A DNA stretch of 22,118 nucleotides from Armatimonadota bacterium (GCA_031400935.1 JANNQV010000061.1:62001-84118); one strand, 5' to 3'; counted from the stretch's first letter, positions 1-8,381 are shown. Numbers and translations are program-made. The notes: generated by a model not told the origin, from the letters alone.

Positions 1-315
1 TTGCTCGACGATTTCTGGTTTCAAAACTGTTGTCAGTTGCGCCATGACCTTGAGTTTTAGCATCAAGGTCTTTTGAACTTCTGGCTGTGGAACTCCAAGA
101 GCCGAAGCGACATCTCGAGGCGTTCGATTTGGCGTTAAAACTATTGGAGAGTCTTTAGGAAATGTTGAGCAGGACTCTCGAATCAGTTCAAGTTCCTCAG
201 TTTCAGCTTGAATAGTTGTACCATCGTGCTCGACGCCAAGCTCGTTCAACACACCAAAAATCTGGCCTGGTTTGAGCTCAAATTCGGTAGCTAGTTCTGC
301 GATGGTCGCACTCAT
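1..315 (-). CDS. infB: Translation initiation factor IF-2, N-terminal part (runs off the window edge)
   Basis: Manual translation from ATG at 315, open to position 1: MSATIAELATEFELKPGQIFGVLNELG...TPRDVASALGVPQPEVQKTLMLKLKVMAQLTTVLKPEIVEQ. It resembles two IF2_N-like segments and lies downstream of nusA-ylxR. Confidence 0.85.
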   Translation of the reverse strand, partial: MSATIAELATEFELKPGQIFGVLNELGVEHDGTTIQAETEELELIRESCSTFPKDSPIVLTPNRTPRDVASALGVPQPEVQKTLMLKLKVMAQLTTVLKPEIVEQ

Positions 316-326
316 GTCTTCTGCTT

Positions 327-647
327 TTACCTTAGTTTGCATAAAATCTCTTCGCGAAGTGTGTCCTTCAAATCTTGTTTCAAGGTTGTTTTCAATGCTC
401 TGTCGAGCGAATTCCTTGCCCCAATTTGCTCAATGCAGGTCTTGCTGTTGCAGACGTATGCTGTTCGCCCATGAGTTGGAGTTCGAGCGATCACAATTAG
501 TTCTGCATCCCTTCCAAATCCGAATCGAATCAGATTATCGTTCGGAGATTTCGTCCGACATACGATACATGTTCGAATTGGTTTAGAACGAACTTTAGCT
601 AGCCCTCCCAGTTTCAGCCTTGCCTTCTCCTGCGGCCTGTGCTTCAC
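327..647 (-). CDS. ylxR: YlxR/RnpM family RNA-binding protein (start uncertain)
   Basis: Motifs PIRTCIVCR and GRTAYVC..C; located between nusA and infB. Confidence 0.88.
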   Translation of the reverse strand: MKHRPQEKARLKLGGLAKVRSKPIRTCIVCRTKSPNDNLIRFGFGRDAELIVIARTPTHGRTAYVCNSKTCIEQIGARNSLDRALKTTLKQDLKDTLREEILCKLR

Positions 648-1653
648 TTCGTATATCTATTTTCCACTCTGTCAATCGGGCAGCAAGTCGGACGTTTTGA
701 CCACCTTTTCCAATGGCCAGTGAAAGCTGGTTGTCGGGCACTACTACGTATGCACTGTGCTCTTCTTCATTCAGAATGATCGAATTCACTTTTGCAGGGC
801 TCAAGGCGTTGGTAATATAGGTTTTTGCATCCTCGCTAAAGGGCACGATGTCAATTTTCTCATCGTATAGTTCATCAACTATTGTCTGAACTCGTGCGCC
901 GCGGGGTCCAACACAAGCTCCAACAGCATCAACTCGTTCGTCAGTGCTGATTACAGCGATTTTGCTTCTCTGGCCAGGTTCACGAGCGACGCTGTGCATC
1001 ACTACCGTGCCATCGGCAATTTCGGGCACTTCAAGTTCGAACAGCCTGCGAAGCAGGTTCGGATGGGTTCTGCTGACCAATACGGACAGCCTCTTCCGGC
1101 TATCGTCTACCCGCAGCACGTACACCTTTATCTGGTCGTTCATCCGATAAGGGTCGGTTGGAACCATTTCACGCCTTGGTAATTCGGCTTCGACTTTGTT
1201 AACTTGAATATAAACAGCGTGGTCGTCACGCCTTGTAACCCTTCCAGAAACGATGTCCCCGATTTTCTCATGAAATACATCGTTGACTTGGCGAATTTCA
1301 GCTTCACGGAGTTTCTGAGTAAGTACTTGCTTGAAGGTTTGCGCCGCAATTCGCCCGAATCGGTCTGGGTCAACCTTGACAGCGATAAAGTCGCCAACTT
1401 CAGCATCGGGCTCTCGCTTTCGAGCTTCGGTAAGGGCCATTTGGAAGTTGTGATCGGTAACTACGCCAACGATCTCTTTTTCAATTGAGCATGACCAGCC
1501 TTCTTTTGGGTCAATCGTTACGCTAACTTCACCGTTTGCTCCGACATACTTCTTGTAAGCAGCGGCAAGCGCCTCCTCAATTTCTGTGAGAAGGTCTTCC
1601 ACTGGAAGGTCTCGCTCTTGAGCGATTTGCTGAAGCTGCGTCAAGATGTCCAT
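595..1653 (-). CDS. nusA: Transcription termination/antitermination factor NusA
   Basis: Motifs FGRIAAQTFKQV, AREPGQRSKIAV, GACVGPRGARV and LSLAIGKGGQNVRLAARLT. Confidence 0.98.
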   Translation of the reverse strand: MDILTQLQQIAQERDLPVEDLLTEIEEALAAAYKKYVGANGEVSVTIDPKEGWSCSIEKEIVGVVTDHNFQMALTEARKREPDAEVGDFIAVKVDPDRFGRIAAQTFKQVLTQKLREAEIRQVNDVFHEKIGDIVSGRVTRRDDHAVYIQVNKVEAELPRREMVPTDPYRMNDQIKVYVLRVDDSRKRLSVLVSRTHPNLLRRLFELEVPEIADGTVVMHSVAREPGQRSKIAVISTDERVDAVGACVGPRGARVQTIVDELYDEKIDIVPFSEDAKTYITNALSPAKVNSIILNEEEHSAYVVVPDNQLSLAIGKGGQNVRLAARLTEWKIDIRSEAQAAGEGKAETGRAS

Positions 1654-1711
1654 AGCCTATTCTCCGAACGCCACCTTCACCGGAATTGTTCCAAACGTTC
1701 ATTTTAGAAAC

Positions 1712-1737
1712 AAAAAAGACGGCACTTGGCCGCCTTT
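1712..1737 (-). terminator. Intrinsic terminator/attenuator in the nusA leader
   Basis: Minus strand AAAGGCGGC-CAAGT-GCCGTCTTTTTT followed by GTTT, between the promoter and the nusA start. Confidence 0.7.
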
Positions 1738-1763
1738 CGGCTTAGCTCGATTCGATTACCCAG

Positions 1764-1793
1764 AGTATAGCATGGAACGGGCAACTTTGGCAA
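1764..1793 (-). promoter_or_regulatory. Sigma70-type promoter of the nusA operon
   Basis: Minus strand TTGCCA (1793-1788), 18-nt spacer, extended -10 TGcTATACT (1772-1764). Confidence 0.65.
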
Positions 1794-1899
1794 GCAGTTA
1801 GCAGTAAGCAGTTTGGGGAGAGCAGTAGTTGGATGTTGTTGTCAACGGCCAACTGCTAACCGCTAACCGCTGACTGCATACCGCTAACTGCCAACCAAC
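1793..1899. repeat. Inverted pair of heptamer tandem arrays
   Basis: Left arm AGCAGTT/AGCAGTA/AGCAGTT/TGGGGAG/AGCAGTA (1793-1827). Right arm AACGGCC AACTGCT AACCGCT AACCGCT GACTGCA TACCGCT AACTGCC AACCAAC (1844-1899). Confidence 0.85.
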
Positions 1900-1907
1900 C
1901 TCTCCGA

Positions 1908-1913
1908 TATAAT
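1908..1913 (+). promoter_or_regulatory. -10 box of a probable leaderless leuS promoter
   Basis: TATAAT 7 nt before the ATG at 1921; no Shine-Dalgarno sequence. Confidence 0.7.
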
Positions 1914-1920
1914 ATCACAC

Positions 1921-4758
1921 ATGTCCGAACGCTATGAACCGAATTCGTTTGAAGATAAGTGGCGTTCCAGGTGGAGCGAAGCGCAACTTTTCCGGACCCG
2001 GGAAGTCCCCGGAAAGCCAAAGTTCTATGGGCTAGATTTCTTCCCCTATCCAAGCGGTGCAGGTCTAAGCGTTGGACATTGCCGCAACTACATTCCGACG
2101 GACGTTATTTGCCGCAAGAAGCTGATGGAGGGCTTTAATGTTCTTCATCCAATGGGTTTCGATGCTTTTGGTCTTCCGGCGGAAAATGAGGCGATTTCCA
2201 AAAAGACGCATCCATCGCCAATGGTGAAGTCTTACGGGGAGAACTATAGACGCCAGATGGATTTGGTAGGAATTAGCTACGATTGGAGTCGTTCTTTCTA
2301 TTCGTCTGACCCCGAATATTACAAATGGACACAATGGATTTTTGAGTTGTTATACAAAAGAGGTTTGGCTTATCGTCGCCTCGCCAAGGTCAATTGGTGC
2401 CCGAAAGATTTGACTGTTCTCGCCGACGAAGAAGTCGAGGGAGGGAACTGTTGGCGCTGCGGAACGCCAGTAGAAAAGAAGGATATCCCGCAATGGTTTT
2501 TCAAAATCACTGCGTATGCCCAGCGACTGATTGACGATTTGGACACAGTTGATTGGCCTGACGGGATCAAGAACATGCAGCGCAATTGGATTGGAAGGTC
2601 TGAAGGCGTTGAGTTTGACATGAAGGTGGTTTTTGATAGCCCCTCCCTTTTCGGAGGTACGACGAAGAGGGAGGGGTTGGGGAGGGAGTTTCCGGGCGAG
2701 CTTGACTCCACCCCCTTACCCCCTCCTTTTTCGAGGAACGAGAAAGAGGAGGGGGATTCGGAAAGTGACTTCGTCGTCATTTCCCACGAACCGGGCCCCC
2801 ATTTCCGAGTATTTACGACTCGAATTGATACGATATTCGGCATGACTTTCTGCGTCATCGCCCCTGAACATCCGTTGGTAGAGACGATTCTATCAACTGT
2901 TCCTGCAGAGCGAAAAACAGAAGTTGAAGCCTATTGCACCGCCGCCAAAGCCGTAAGCGACCTAGACCGGCAAGCTACAACTCGCGAAAAATCCGGTGTG
3001 TTCGCAGGAGCATTTGCAGTAAACCCGGCCAATGGGAAGCACGTTCCCATTTATGTGGCAGATTATGTTTTGATGGGGTACGGAACTGGTGCGATCATGT
3101 CCGTCCCGGGGCATGATCAAAGGGATTTTGATTTTGCGAAGAAGTTTGGAATAGAGATCATTCCAGTAATCAAAGATGTAGGAATGGATGGCGCCGGTTC
3201 AGAAACCTCAACTATCTCACCCAATTCACCCAGTTCATCCACTTCAATAGATCATGCTTCCGAAGCTAAAGACGGAATCCTTATCAATTCTGGCGAATAC
3301 GACGGCTTAAGTGTCGCCGAAGCTCAGAAATTGCTTGGTGAATGGATGGAAGGGCTTGAAATCGGCGAGCAGATCGTTCGATACAAGCTCCGAGACTGGC
3401 TGATTTCGCGACAGAGGTATTGGGGTTGTCCAATACCCGTCGTTCATTCGAAGGACGGCGACGAGAGCTTAGTCCCGGAAGAGGACCTGCCTGTCGAACT
3501 TCCGGATGTCGAGAGCTACGAACCCGCGGACGATGGATCCTCTCCTCTTTCCAGAATAAGGGAATTTGTGAATGTCACCGACCCAGAAGGAACCCTGGGC
3601 CAACGCGAAACAGACACGATGGGCGGATTTGCATGTTCTAGTTGGTACTTTCTTCGATTCTGTGATCCAACAAATTCAGAAGACCCATGGGACCCAGCAA
3701 AGGCAGATTATTGGATGCCAGTTGATTGCTATGTCGGGGGAGCCGAACATGCTGTCATGCACCTACTTTATGCACGATTCTGGACGAAAGTGCTCTTTGA
3801 TGAAGGCTTGGTTTCCGTTAGCGAGCCGTTCCAAAGGCTGATGAATCAAGGTCAGGTCCTGGGATTGACGCCATATCGAAAGCCCCAGGAAGGCGAGAAG
3901 CTACAAGTTGGTGAAGAAGGCCTGCTCACTTCATTTGATGAAGCAGCTGAAATTCAAGCAAAGATTGATTCTGGAGAATTGGATGCTGACAATCTATTTT
4001 ATCGTTGGGCTCGAATGAGCAAATCAAAGGGAAATGTCGTAACTCCAGATGAAATGGTGGATCAATACGGTGCCGATGCCCTAAGAATTTATGAACTTTT
4101 TGTCGCTCCATTTGAATCGGATGTTCAGTGGTCAAACGATGGGGTGGCAGGTGCGACCAGGTTCTTGAATCGTGTGTTCCGGTGGGTTAGCGATGTTCAA
4201 GATTATTACGAACCCAATTGGGAGTCATTCTTGGCAGTCGAAAATGTGGAAGGGAAAGGAATTGGAATTCGACGTGCTATTCACCAAGCGACCAAGAAGA
4301 TTTCTGCTGATATTGACCGGTTCGCATTCAACACGTATGTTTCCGAAATGATGAAGTGTCTCAACGTAGTAACAGATGCGCTTAAAAATGCGGATTGGAC
4401 GGATCGAGGATTCATTCTTGCGATGAGTGAAGCGGTGGAAACACTTGTCCTGCTTCTGGCTCCCGCAGCTCCGTTTTCTGCAGACGAGCTTTGGGAAAGC
4501 ATTGGCAGAAATGGATTCACTTTAAACCAGCACTGGCCTTCATACAGCGAAGCAATTGCAGCCGAAGACACCGTTACAATAGCGGTTCAAGTCAATGGAA
4601 AGTTGCGTGACACGATAACCCTTGGTGCGGATGCCACAAATGAGGAAATGGAAGCGGCGGCAATGTCGTCTGAAAAGGTGAAAGTCCATACGGATGGAAA
4701 ACAAATTCGCAAGGTGATCGTGATTCCTGCAAAGCTGGTGAACATCGTTGCACAATAG
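1921..4758 (+). CDS. leuS: Leucine--tRNA ligase
   Basis: Motifs FPYPSGAGLSVGH, GFDAFGLPAEN, QWFFKITAYA, RDWLISRQRYWGCPIP, GGAEHAVMHLLYARFW, RMSKSKGNVV and AVQVNGKLR. Confidence 0.99.
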   Translation: MSERYEPNSFEDKWRSRWSEAQLFRTREVPGKPKFYGLDFFPYPSGAGLSVGHCRNYIPTDVICRKKLMEGFNVLHPMGFDAFGLPAENEAISKKTHPSPMVKSYGENYRRQMDLVGISYDWSRSFYSSDPEYYKWTQWIFELLYKRGLAYRRLAKVNWCPKDLTVLADEEVEGGNCWRCGTPVEKKDIPQWFFKITAYAQRLIDDLDTVDWPDGIKNMQRNWIGRSEGVEFDMKVVFDSPSLFGGTTKREGLGREFPGELDSTPLPPPFSRNEKEEGDSESDFVVISHEPGPHFRVFTTRIDTIFGMTFCVIAPEHPLVETILSTVPAERKTEVEAYCTAAKAVSDLDRQATTREKSGVFAGAFAVNPANGKHVPIYVADYVLMGYGTGAIMSVPGHDQRDFDFAKKFGIEIIPVIKDVGMDGAGSETSTISPNSPSSSTSIDHASEAKDGILINSGEYDGLSVAEAQKLLGEWMEGLEIGEQIVRYKLRDWLISRQRYWGCPIPVVHSKDGDESLVPEEDLPVELPDVESYEPADDGSSPLSRIREFVNVTDPEGTLGQRETDTMGGFACSSWYFLRFCDPTNSEDPWDPAKADYWMPVDCYVGGAEHAVMHLLYARFWTKVLFDEGLVSVSEPFQRLMNQGQVLGLTPYRKPQEGEKLQVGEEGLLTSFDEAAEIQAKIDSGELDADNLFYRWARMSKSKGNVVTPDEMVDQYGADALRIYELFVAPFESDVQWSNDGVAGATRFLNRVFRWVSDVQDYYEPNWESFLAVENVEGKGIGIRRAIHQATKKISADIDRFAFNTYVSEMMKCLNVVTDALKNADWTDRGFILAMSEAVETLVLLLAPAAPFSADELWESIGRNGFTLNQHWPSYSEAIAAEDTVTIAVQVNGKLRDTITLGADATNEEMEAAAMSSEKVKVHTDGKQIRKVIVIPAKLVNIVAQ
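2638..2784 (+). mobile_element. In-frame C/G-rich multi-hairpin palindromic element inside leuS (MITE/REP-like)
   Basis: Hairpins AGCCCCTCCCTTTTCG-GAGGTACGA-CGAAGAGGGAGGGGTT (2638-2678) and CCCCCTCCTTTTTC-GAGGAACGA-GAAAGAGGAGGGGG (2719-2755). They encode a peptide absent from typical LeuS. Confidence 0.75.
3181..3249 (+). repeat. In-frame 9-mer tandem array inside leuS
   Basis: ACCTCAACT ATCTCACCC AATTCACCC AGTTCATCC ACTTCAATA (3205-3249), preceded by a partly complementary arm GGAATGGATGG (3181-3191). Confidence 0.65.
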
Positions 4759-4773
4759 ATAAAGAGGCATACA

Positions 4774-5415
4774 TTGAACCCAAATCGCTTTCAAATTTCC
4801 TTCTTTTCCACAATTCTCTTGCTGTCGTTGCTTGGGTGCGGAAGCGGATCGGACGTACCTGTGATCGGATCGGGAAGCGAATTTCAAGAAATGTTGGCTC
4901 AGGTCGAGAAACTTTCACGACCTGTGTTTGAAAAGTCGGATTCTGGAGTCATTTTAGAAGATTCAGATAACAAAGTCCTCAAAGAATCAATTCGGCTGTT
5001 CAAAGGACTAACCGCATTCAAACCAGATGCCCCTACCCTTTACCTTGGGTTGGGAAAGGCACATCAACTGTTGGGAGAGAACAAGAACGCTCTCGAGAAT
5101 TTTGCTATGGCAGCCAGAGGTTTGGGAAATACTTCCGACCTCACAAAAAAGCAAACTTTGGCTGAAGTTCAGTATCTTTCTGCGATTTCTTTCGAACGCC
5201 AAAAACAATACCCAGAAGCAAAAATGGTTGCCGAAAAGGCAACCGAACTAGTTCCACAGTCTTCGAACTATTGGACCGCTCTTGCATCTGCCGAAATGCA
5301 GTTAGAGGAGCTTGCTGCGTGTGAAAAACATTTGGAGAAGGCATTGAAGCTTGATCCGACAAACAAACGTGCTCGATATTTGTTGCGAATGTTTGAGATT
5401 TCCAAAGGCGGATGA
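4774..5415 (+). CDS. TPR-repeat lipoprotein
   Basis: Hydrophobic N-terminus with lipobox LLGC; TPR-like helices (LYLGLGKAHQLLG, YWTALASAEMQL, KALKLDPTNKRA). Confidence 0.8.
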   Translation: MNPNRFQISFFSTILLLSLLGCGSGSDVPVIGSGSEFQEMLAQVEKLSRPVFEKSDSGVILEDSDNKVLKESIRLFKGLTAFKPDAPTLYLGLGKAHQLLGENKNALENFAMAARGLGNTSDLTKKQTLAEVQYLSAISFERQKQYPEAKMVAEKATELVPQSSNYWTALASAEMQLEELAACEKHLEKALKLDPTNKRARYLLRMFEISKGG

Positions 5416-5449
5416 TTCAGTGATTTCACTATTGGAGCTCCTCGCTCCA

Positions 5450-6124
5450 TTAGAGAGGCTTGTTCCGAACCTCTGCCCAACTTCGTGGGTACTTCTTTGG
5501 AGTAGGAGCCGATTTTCGGTAGATAGGGAAAATCCTTTCCACATCACTTCGCCTAAGTTGAATCCGATGGACTGACTCAAGTTCGAGTCCGAGTTTGTTG
5601 TGTCGAAATCTTTCTATTTCGTTATGATCGCTTGGAGTCCTCATTGGAATCACAAATCCGCCAAGTTTGGCTAAACATGCGCTTAATTCAAGCTGAACCG
5701 ATAGTGGCGCCAAAGCACGTCCGGTTACGACATCGAAATGGTCTTTTCGGTAGAACTCCTCGGCTCGGAACTGAACAACTGTAAGATTTGGCAAAGGCGA
5801 GCCTCGAAGAAAATCGAGCATTTTCGCGGTAGCATCTAATGCTGTTACAGTTACATCTGGCCGAGCGCAGGCTAACGGCCAAGCGGGAAATCCTGGACCA
5901 GTACCAATGTCCAATACTAATGAGCCAGCCGGAATGAATTGTGCGAAGAGCAAAGAATCCAAGAAGTGACGAATCCAACACTCCTCCTTTGGAATTCTAG
6001 TCAAATTCGTAGTTTTATTGACTTCATAGAGCCTTTCTTCGAAAGAGTCAAAGTCATCAAGTTGTCGCTCTGAAAGTTCGAGGCCGATCGCTTTAGCTTG
6101 ATTATGAAATTCGGTTCGATTCAA
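5450..6124 (-). CDS. rsmG: 16S rRNA m7G527 methyltransferase RsmG/GidB
   Basis: Motifs NLTRI, RHFLDSL, LDIGTGPGFP and PKKYPR. Probable TTG start at 6124 overlaps the tsaD stop. Confidence 0.95.
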   Translation of the reverse strand: MNRTEFHNQAKAIGLELSERQLDDFDSFEERLYEVNKTTNLTRIPKEECWIRHFLDSLLFAQFIPAGSLVLDIGTGPGFPAWPLACARPDVTVTALDATAKMLDFLRGSPLPNLTVVQFRAEEFYRKDHFDVVTGRALAPLSVQLELSACLAKLGGFVIPMRTPSDHNEIERFRHNKLGLELESVHRIQLRRSDVERIFPIYRKSAPTPKKYPRSWAEVRNKPL

Positions 6125-7176
6125 GGTTGGTGCTCCAAAATTGGCAAGGGAGCGTTTGCAAAGCAATCCAAATCAAAACCAGAACTAGAACGCTCTCCCT
6201 TCGCGAGTCTAAAGGAGGCGGCAATTGCGATCATCGCTGCGTTGTCCGTGCATAGCGCGGCTGGTGCGGGAACGAATGAAATTCCTCTCTTAGAACATGC
6301 TTCTTTCAAAGTTTGACGCAAGCTGAGGTTTGCCGCGACACCTCCCGAAAGTGTGACCGTTTCAACTTCGAATTTTTCTGCAGCAGAGACCGTTTTCTTG
6401 ACTAATACCGACACAATTCCATGTTGGATGGAGGCAGCGGCAGAATTTCTGTCAAGGGAATCGCCTTCAATTTCCAAGAGTCGTCGAACTGCTGTTTTTA
6501 GCCCGCTGAAGCTAAAATCGAATGTATCTCTACCAATGAGTCCCATCGGCAAGCGATACCGCTCCGAATCGCCCCCTTCCGCAAGTTCGCTAAGCATCCT
6601 CCCTCCAGGATACTGAATTCCCAAAAGCCTTGCAGATTTGTCGAATGCCTCACCAGCCGCATCGTCAATGGTCTGGCCAACCAGTTGATAATCTCCAGTT
6701 GCCCTCACCAATACAAGTTCTGTGTGGCCGCCAGAAACGAGAAGAGCCAAATGCGGAAACTTGAATTCGGAACCCGCTGCGAATGGGGAAAGCAAGTGTC
6801 CTTCTAAATGATGAATTCCAATGAAGGGAGTCTTCAAGGCAACCGAAAGCGCTTTTGCGGCAGAAACTCCAACGCTCAGACAACCGATTAGCCCTGGACG
6901 ATTGCAGACCCCAATTGCTGCAATGTCTTGAATTGTCAAACCGGCTTCCTGAATTGCCTGGCTGATGACAGGCCGAATAGATTCAACATGGGCTCTCGAG
7001 GCAACTTCAGGAACTACGCCGCCGGTCATTGCATGCAAATCAATCTGACTCGAGATAACGTTTGAGAGAATTTCGCCATTTACAAGCACCGAAGCCGCAG
7101 TTTCATCACAACTCGTTTCGATGCCTAAAATGGGTTCATCGAAAACTTGCTCACCAAAAGGAACGGAAAGTTTCAT
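6121..7176 (-). CDS. tsaD: tRNA threonylcarbamoyltransferase TsaD
   Basis: Motifs ILGIETSCDET, GGVVPEVASRAH, HHLEGH, VSGGHT, DDAAGEAFDK and CTDNAAMI. ATG at 7176 forms an ATGA overlap with rimI. Confidence 0.97.
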   Translation of the reverse strand: MKLSVPFGEQVFDEPILGIETSCDETAASVLVNGEILSNVISSQIDLHAMTGGVVPEVASRAHVESIRPVISQAIQEAGLTIQDIAAIGVCNRPGLIGCLSVGVSAAKALSVALKTPFIGIHHLEGHLLSPFAAGSEFKFPHLALLVSGGHTELVLVRATGDYQLVGQTIDDAAGEAFDKSARLLGIQYPGGRMLSELAEGGDSERYRLPMGLIGRDTFDFSFSGLKTAVRRLLEIEGDSLDRNSAAASIQHGIVSVLVKKTVSAAEKFEVETVTLSGGVAANLSLRQTLKEACSKRGISFVPAPAALCTDNAAMIAIAASFRLAKGERSSSGFDLDCFANAPLPILEHQP

Positions 7177-7655
7177 TTGGCGGTCGTGTTCTTGCCTTTG
7201 CCAGCCAAATCGTAGAACCACATTACGATCGCATCTTCTTGATTGTCGGGATAGTACTTTTTGCGAACCGCAGCCCTACAAAACCCAAGAGCTTCATAGA
7301 GTTTGATCGCACCTTCGTTGCTCGCCCGAACTTCTAGAGTGGCGCATGTCATCCCTGCGGATTTCGCTTGTGAAAGTAGATGTTCGATCAATTTGCGGCC
7401 AAGTCCAATTCTTCGGGTTTCCTTCGAGACGGCGAGCGTTGTAACATGGCACTCGTCTATCAGGTTCCAAATCCCTCCATATCCTACGACATTTCCGTTC
7501 AAGATCATGACTCGAAACACGCTTTGTGGATTTGTAAGCTCGTTTCGAAAACTCTGCTCAGACCACGGCGAACTGTTCCATTCCTTTTCAATAACTTGGA
7601 TCGGCTCGATATGGAACTCAGTGAGAGGTTCAAATCGCAGCGTTTTTAGGTTCAT
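7173..7655 (-). CDS. rimI: Ribosomal protein S18 alanine N-acetyltransferase RimI
   Basis: GNAT motifs SPWS, LEVRASN..AIKLY..LGF and RKKYYPDNQEDAIVM; upstream of tsaD. Confidence 0.92.
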   Translation of the reverse strand: MNLKTLRFEPLTEFHIEPIQVIEKEWNSSPWSEQSFRNELTNPQSVFRVMILNGNVVGYGGIWNLIDECHVTTLAVSKETRRIGLGRKLIEHLLSQAKSAGMTCATLEVRASNEGAIKLYEALGFCRAAVRKKYYPDNQEDAIVMWFYDLAGKGKNTTAK

Positions 7656-7657
7656 CG

Positions 7658-8359
7658 CTAACCGCCCAGATAGGCTTCGCGAACCTTGTCGTTTGTCAGG
7701 AGGTTTTTGCCGGTATCGCTAAGTACAATTACACCAGTTTCCAAAACGTATGCTCGATGCGCAACTTCTAGCGCTCGGTTTGCATTTTGCTCGACAAGCA
7801 AAATAGTGACGCCTTCTTTGTTCAATTCGAGAACGATATTAAATATTTCAGCAACGAGGTTCGGGGCAAGTCCCAAGCTCGGCTCATCCAGAAGAAGTAC
7901 TTTTGGACGCGACATTAGTGCACGTCCAATTGCAAGCATTTGCTGCTCGCCCCCGCTCAAGGTTCCAGAGTTTTGGCTAATCCGCTCTTGTAATCGCGGA
8001 AACCTTCGCATCACCTCTGCCAAGTCATCATTGATTTTTGAGTCGGTCCTTGTAATTGCCCCTAATTGTAGATTCTCAAGGACGCTCATGTTCGTAAAAA
8101 TTTTTCTTCCTTCGGGAGATTGACTAATCCCGTTCATTACGATTTCGTGAGGCGGCATGTGATGAATTGGCTTCTCATGAAATGTAATCGAACCTGATTT
8201 AGGTCGCAGTAGCCCGCTGATCGTACGTAAGAGGGTAGTTTTTCCGGCCCCGTTCGAGCCAATAATCGAGACGATTTCACCTTCGTCTACACGAACATCA
8301 ACATCATTTAACGCCTGAATTGCGCCGTAAAAAACACTCAAACCTGTAATGGTTAGCAT
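7658..8359 (-). CDS. livF: Branched-chain amino acid ABC transporter ATP-binding protein (LivF-type)
   Basis: Motifs GSNGAGKTT, PEGRKIF, LSGGEQQMLAIGRALM, LLLDEPSLGLAP and VREAYLGG. Confidence 0.92.
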   Translation of the reverse strand: MLTITGLSVFYGAIQALNDVDVRVDEGEIVSIIGSNGAGKTTLLRTISGLLRPKSGSITFHEKPIHHMPPHEIVMNGISQSPEGRKIFTNMSVLENLQLGAITRTDSKINDDLAEVMRRFPRLQERISQNSGTLSGGEQQMLAIGRALMSRPKVLLLDEPSLGLAPNLVAEIFNIVLELNKEGVTILLVEQNANRALEVAHRAYVLETGVIVLSDTGKNLLTNDKVREAYLGG

Positions 8360-8381
8360 GAGGCATGGTGATACCCGATTT

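Noticed and set aside
1794..1920. T-box leader for leuS
   Set aside because: No T-box consensus; the -10 box is 7 nt from the ATG and the region is heptamer repeats.
2620..2800. Intein or group I/II intron in leuS
   Set aside because: Too short, no Cys/Ser...His-Asn intein ends, and no recognisable group I/II boundary motifs.
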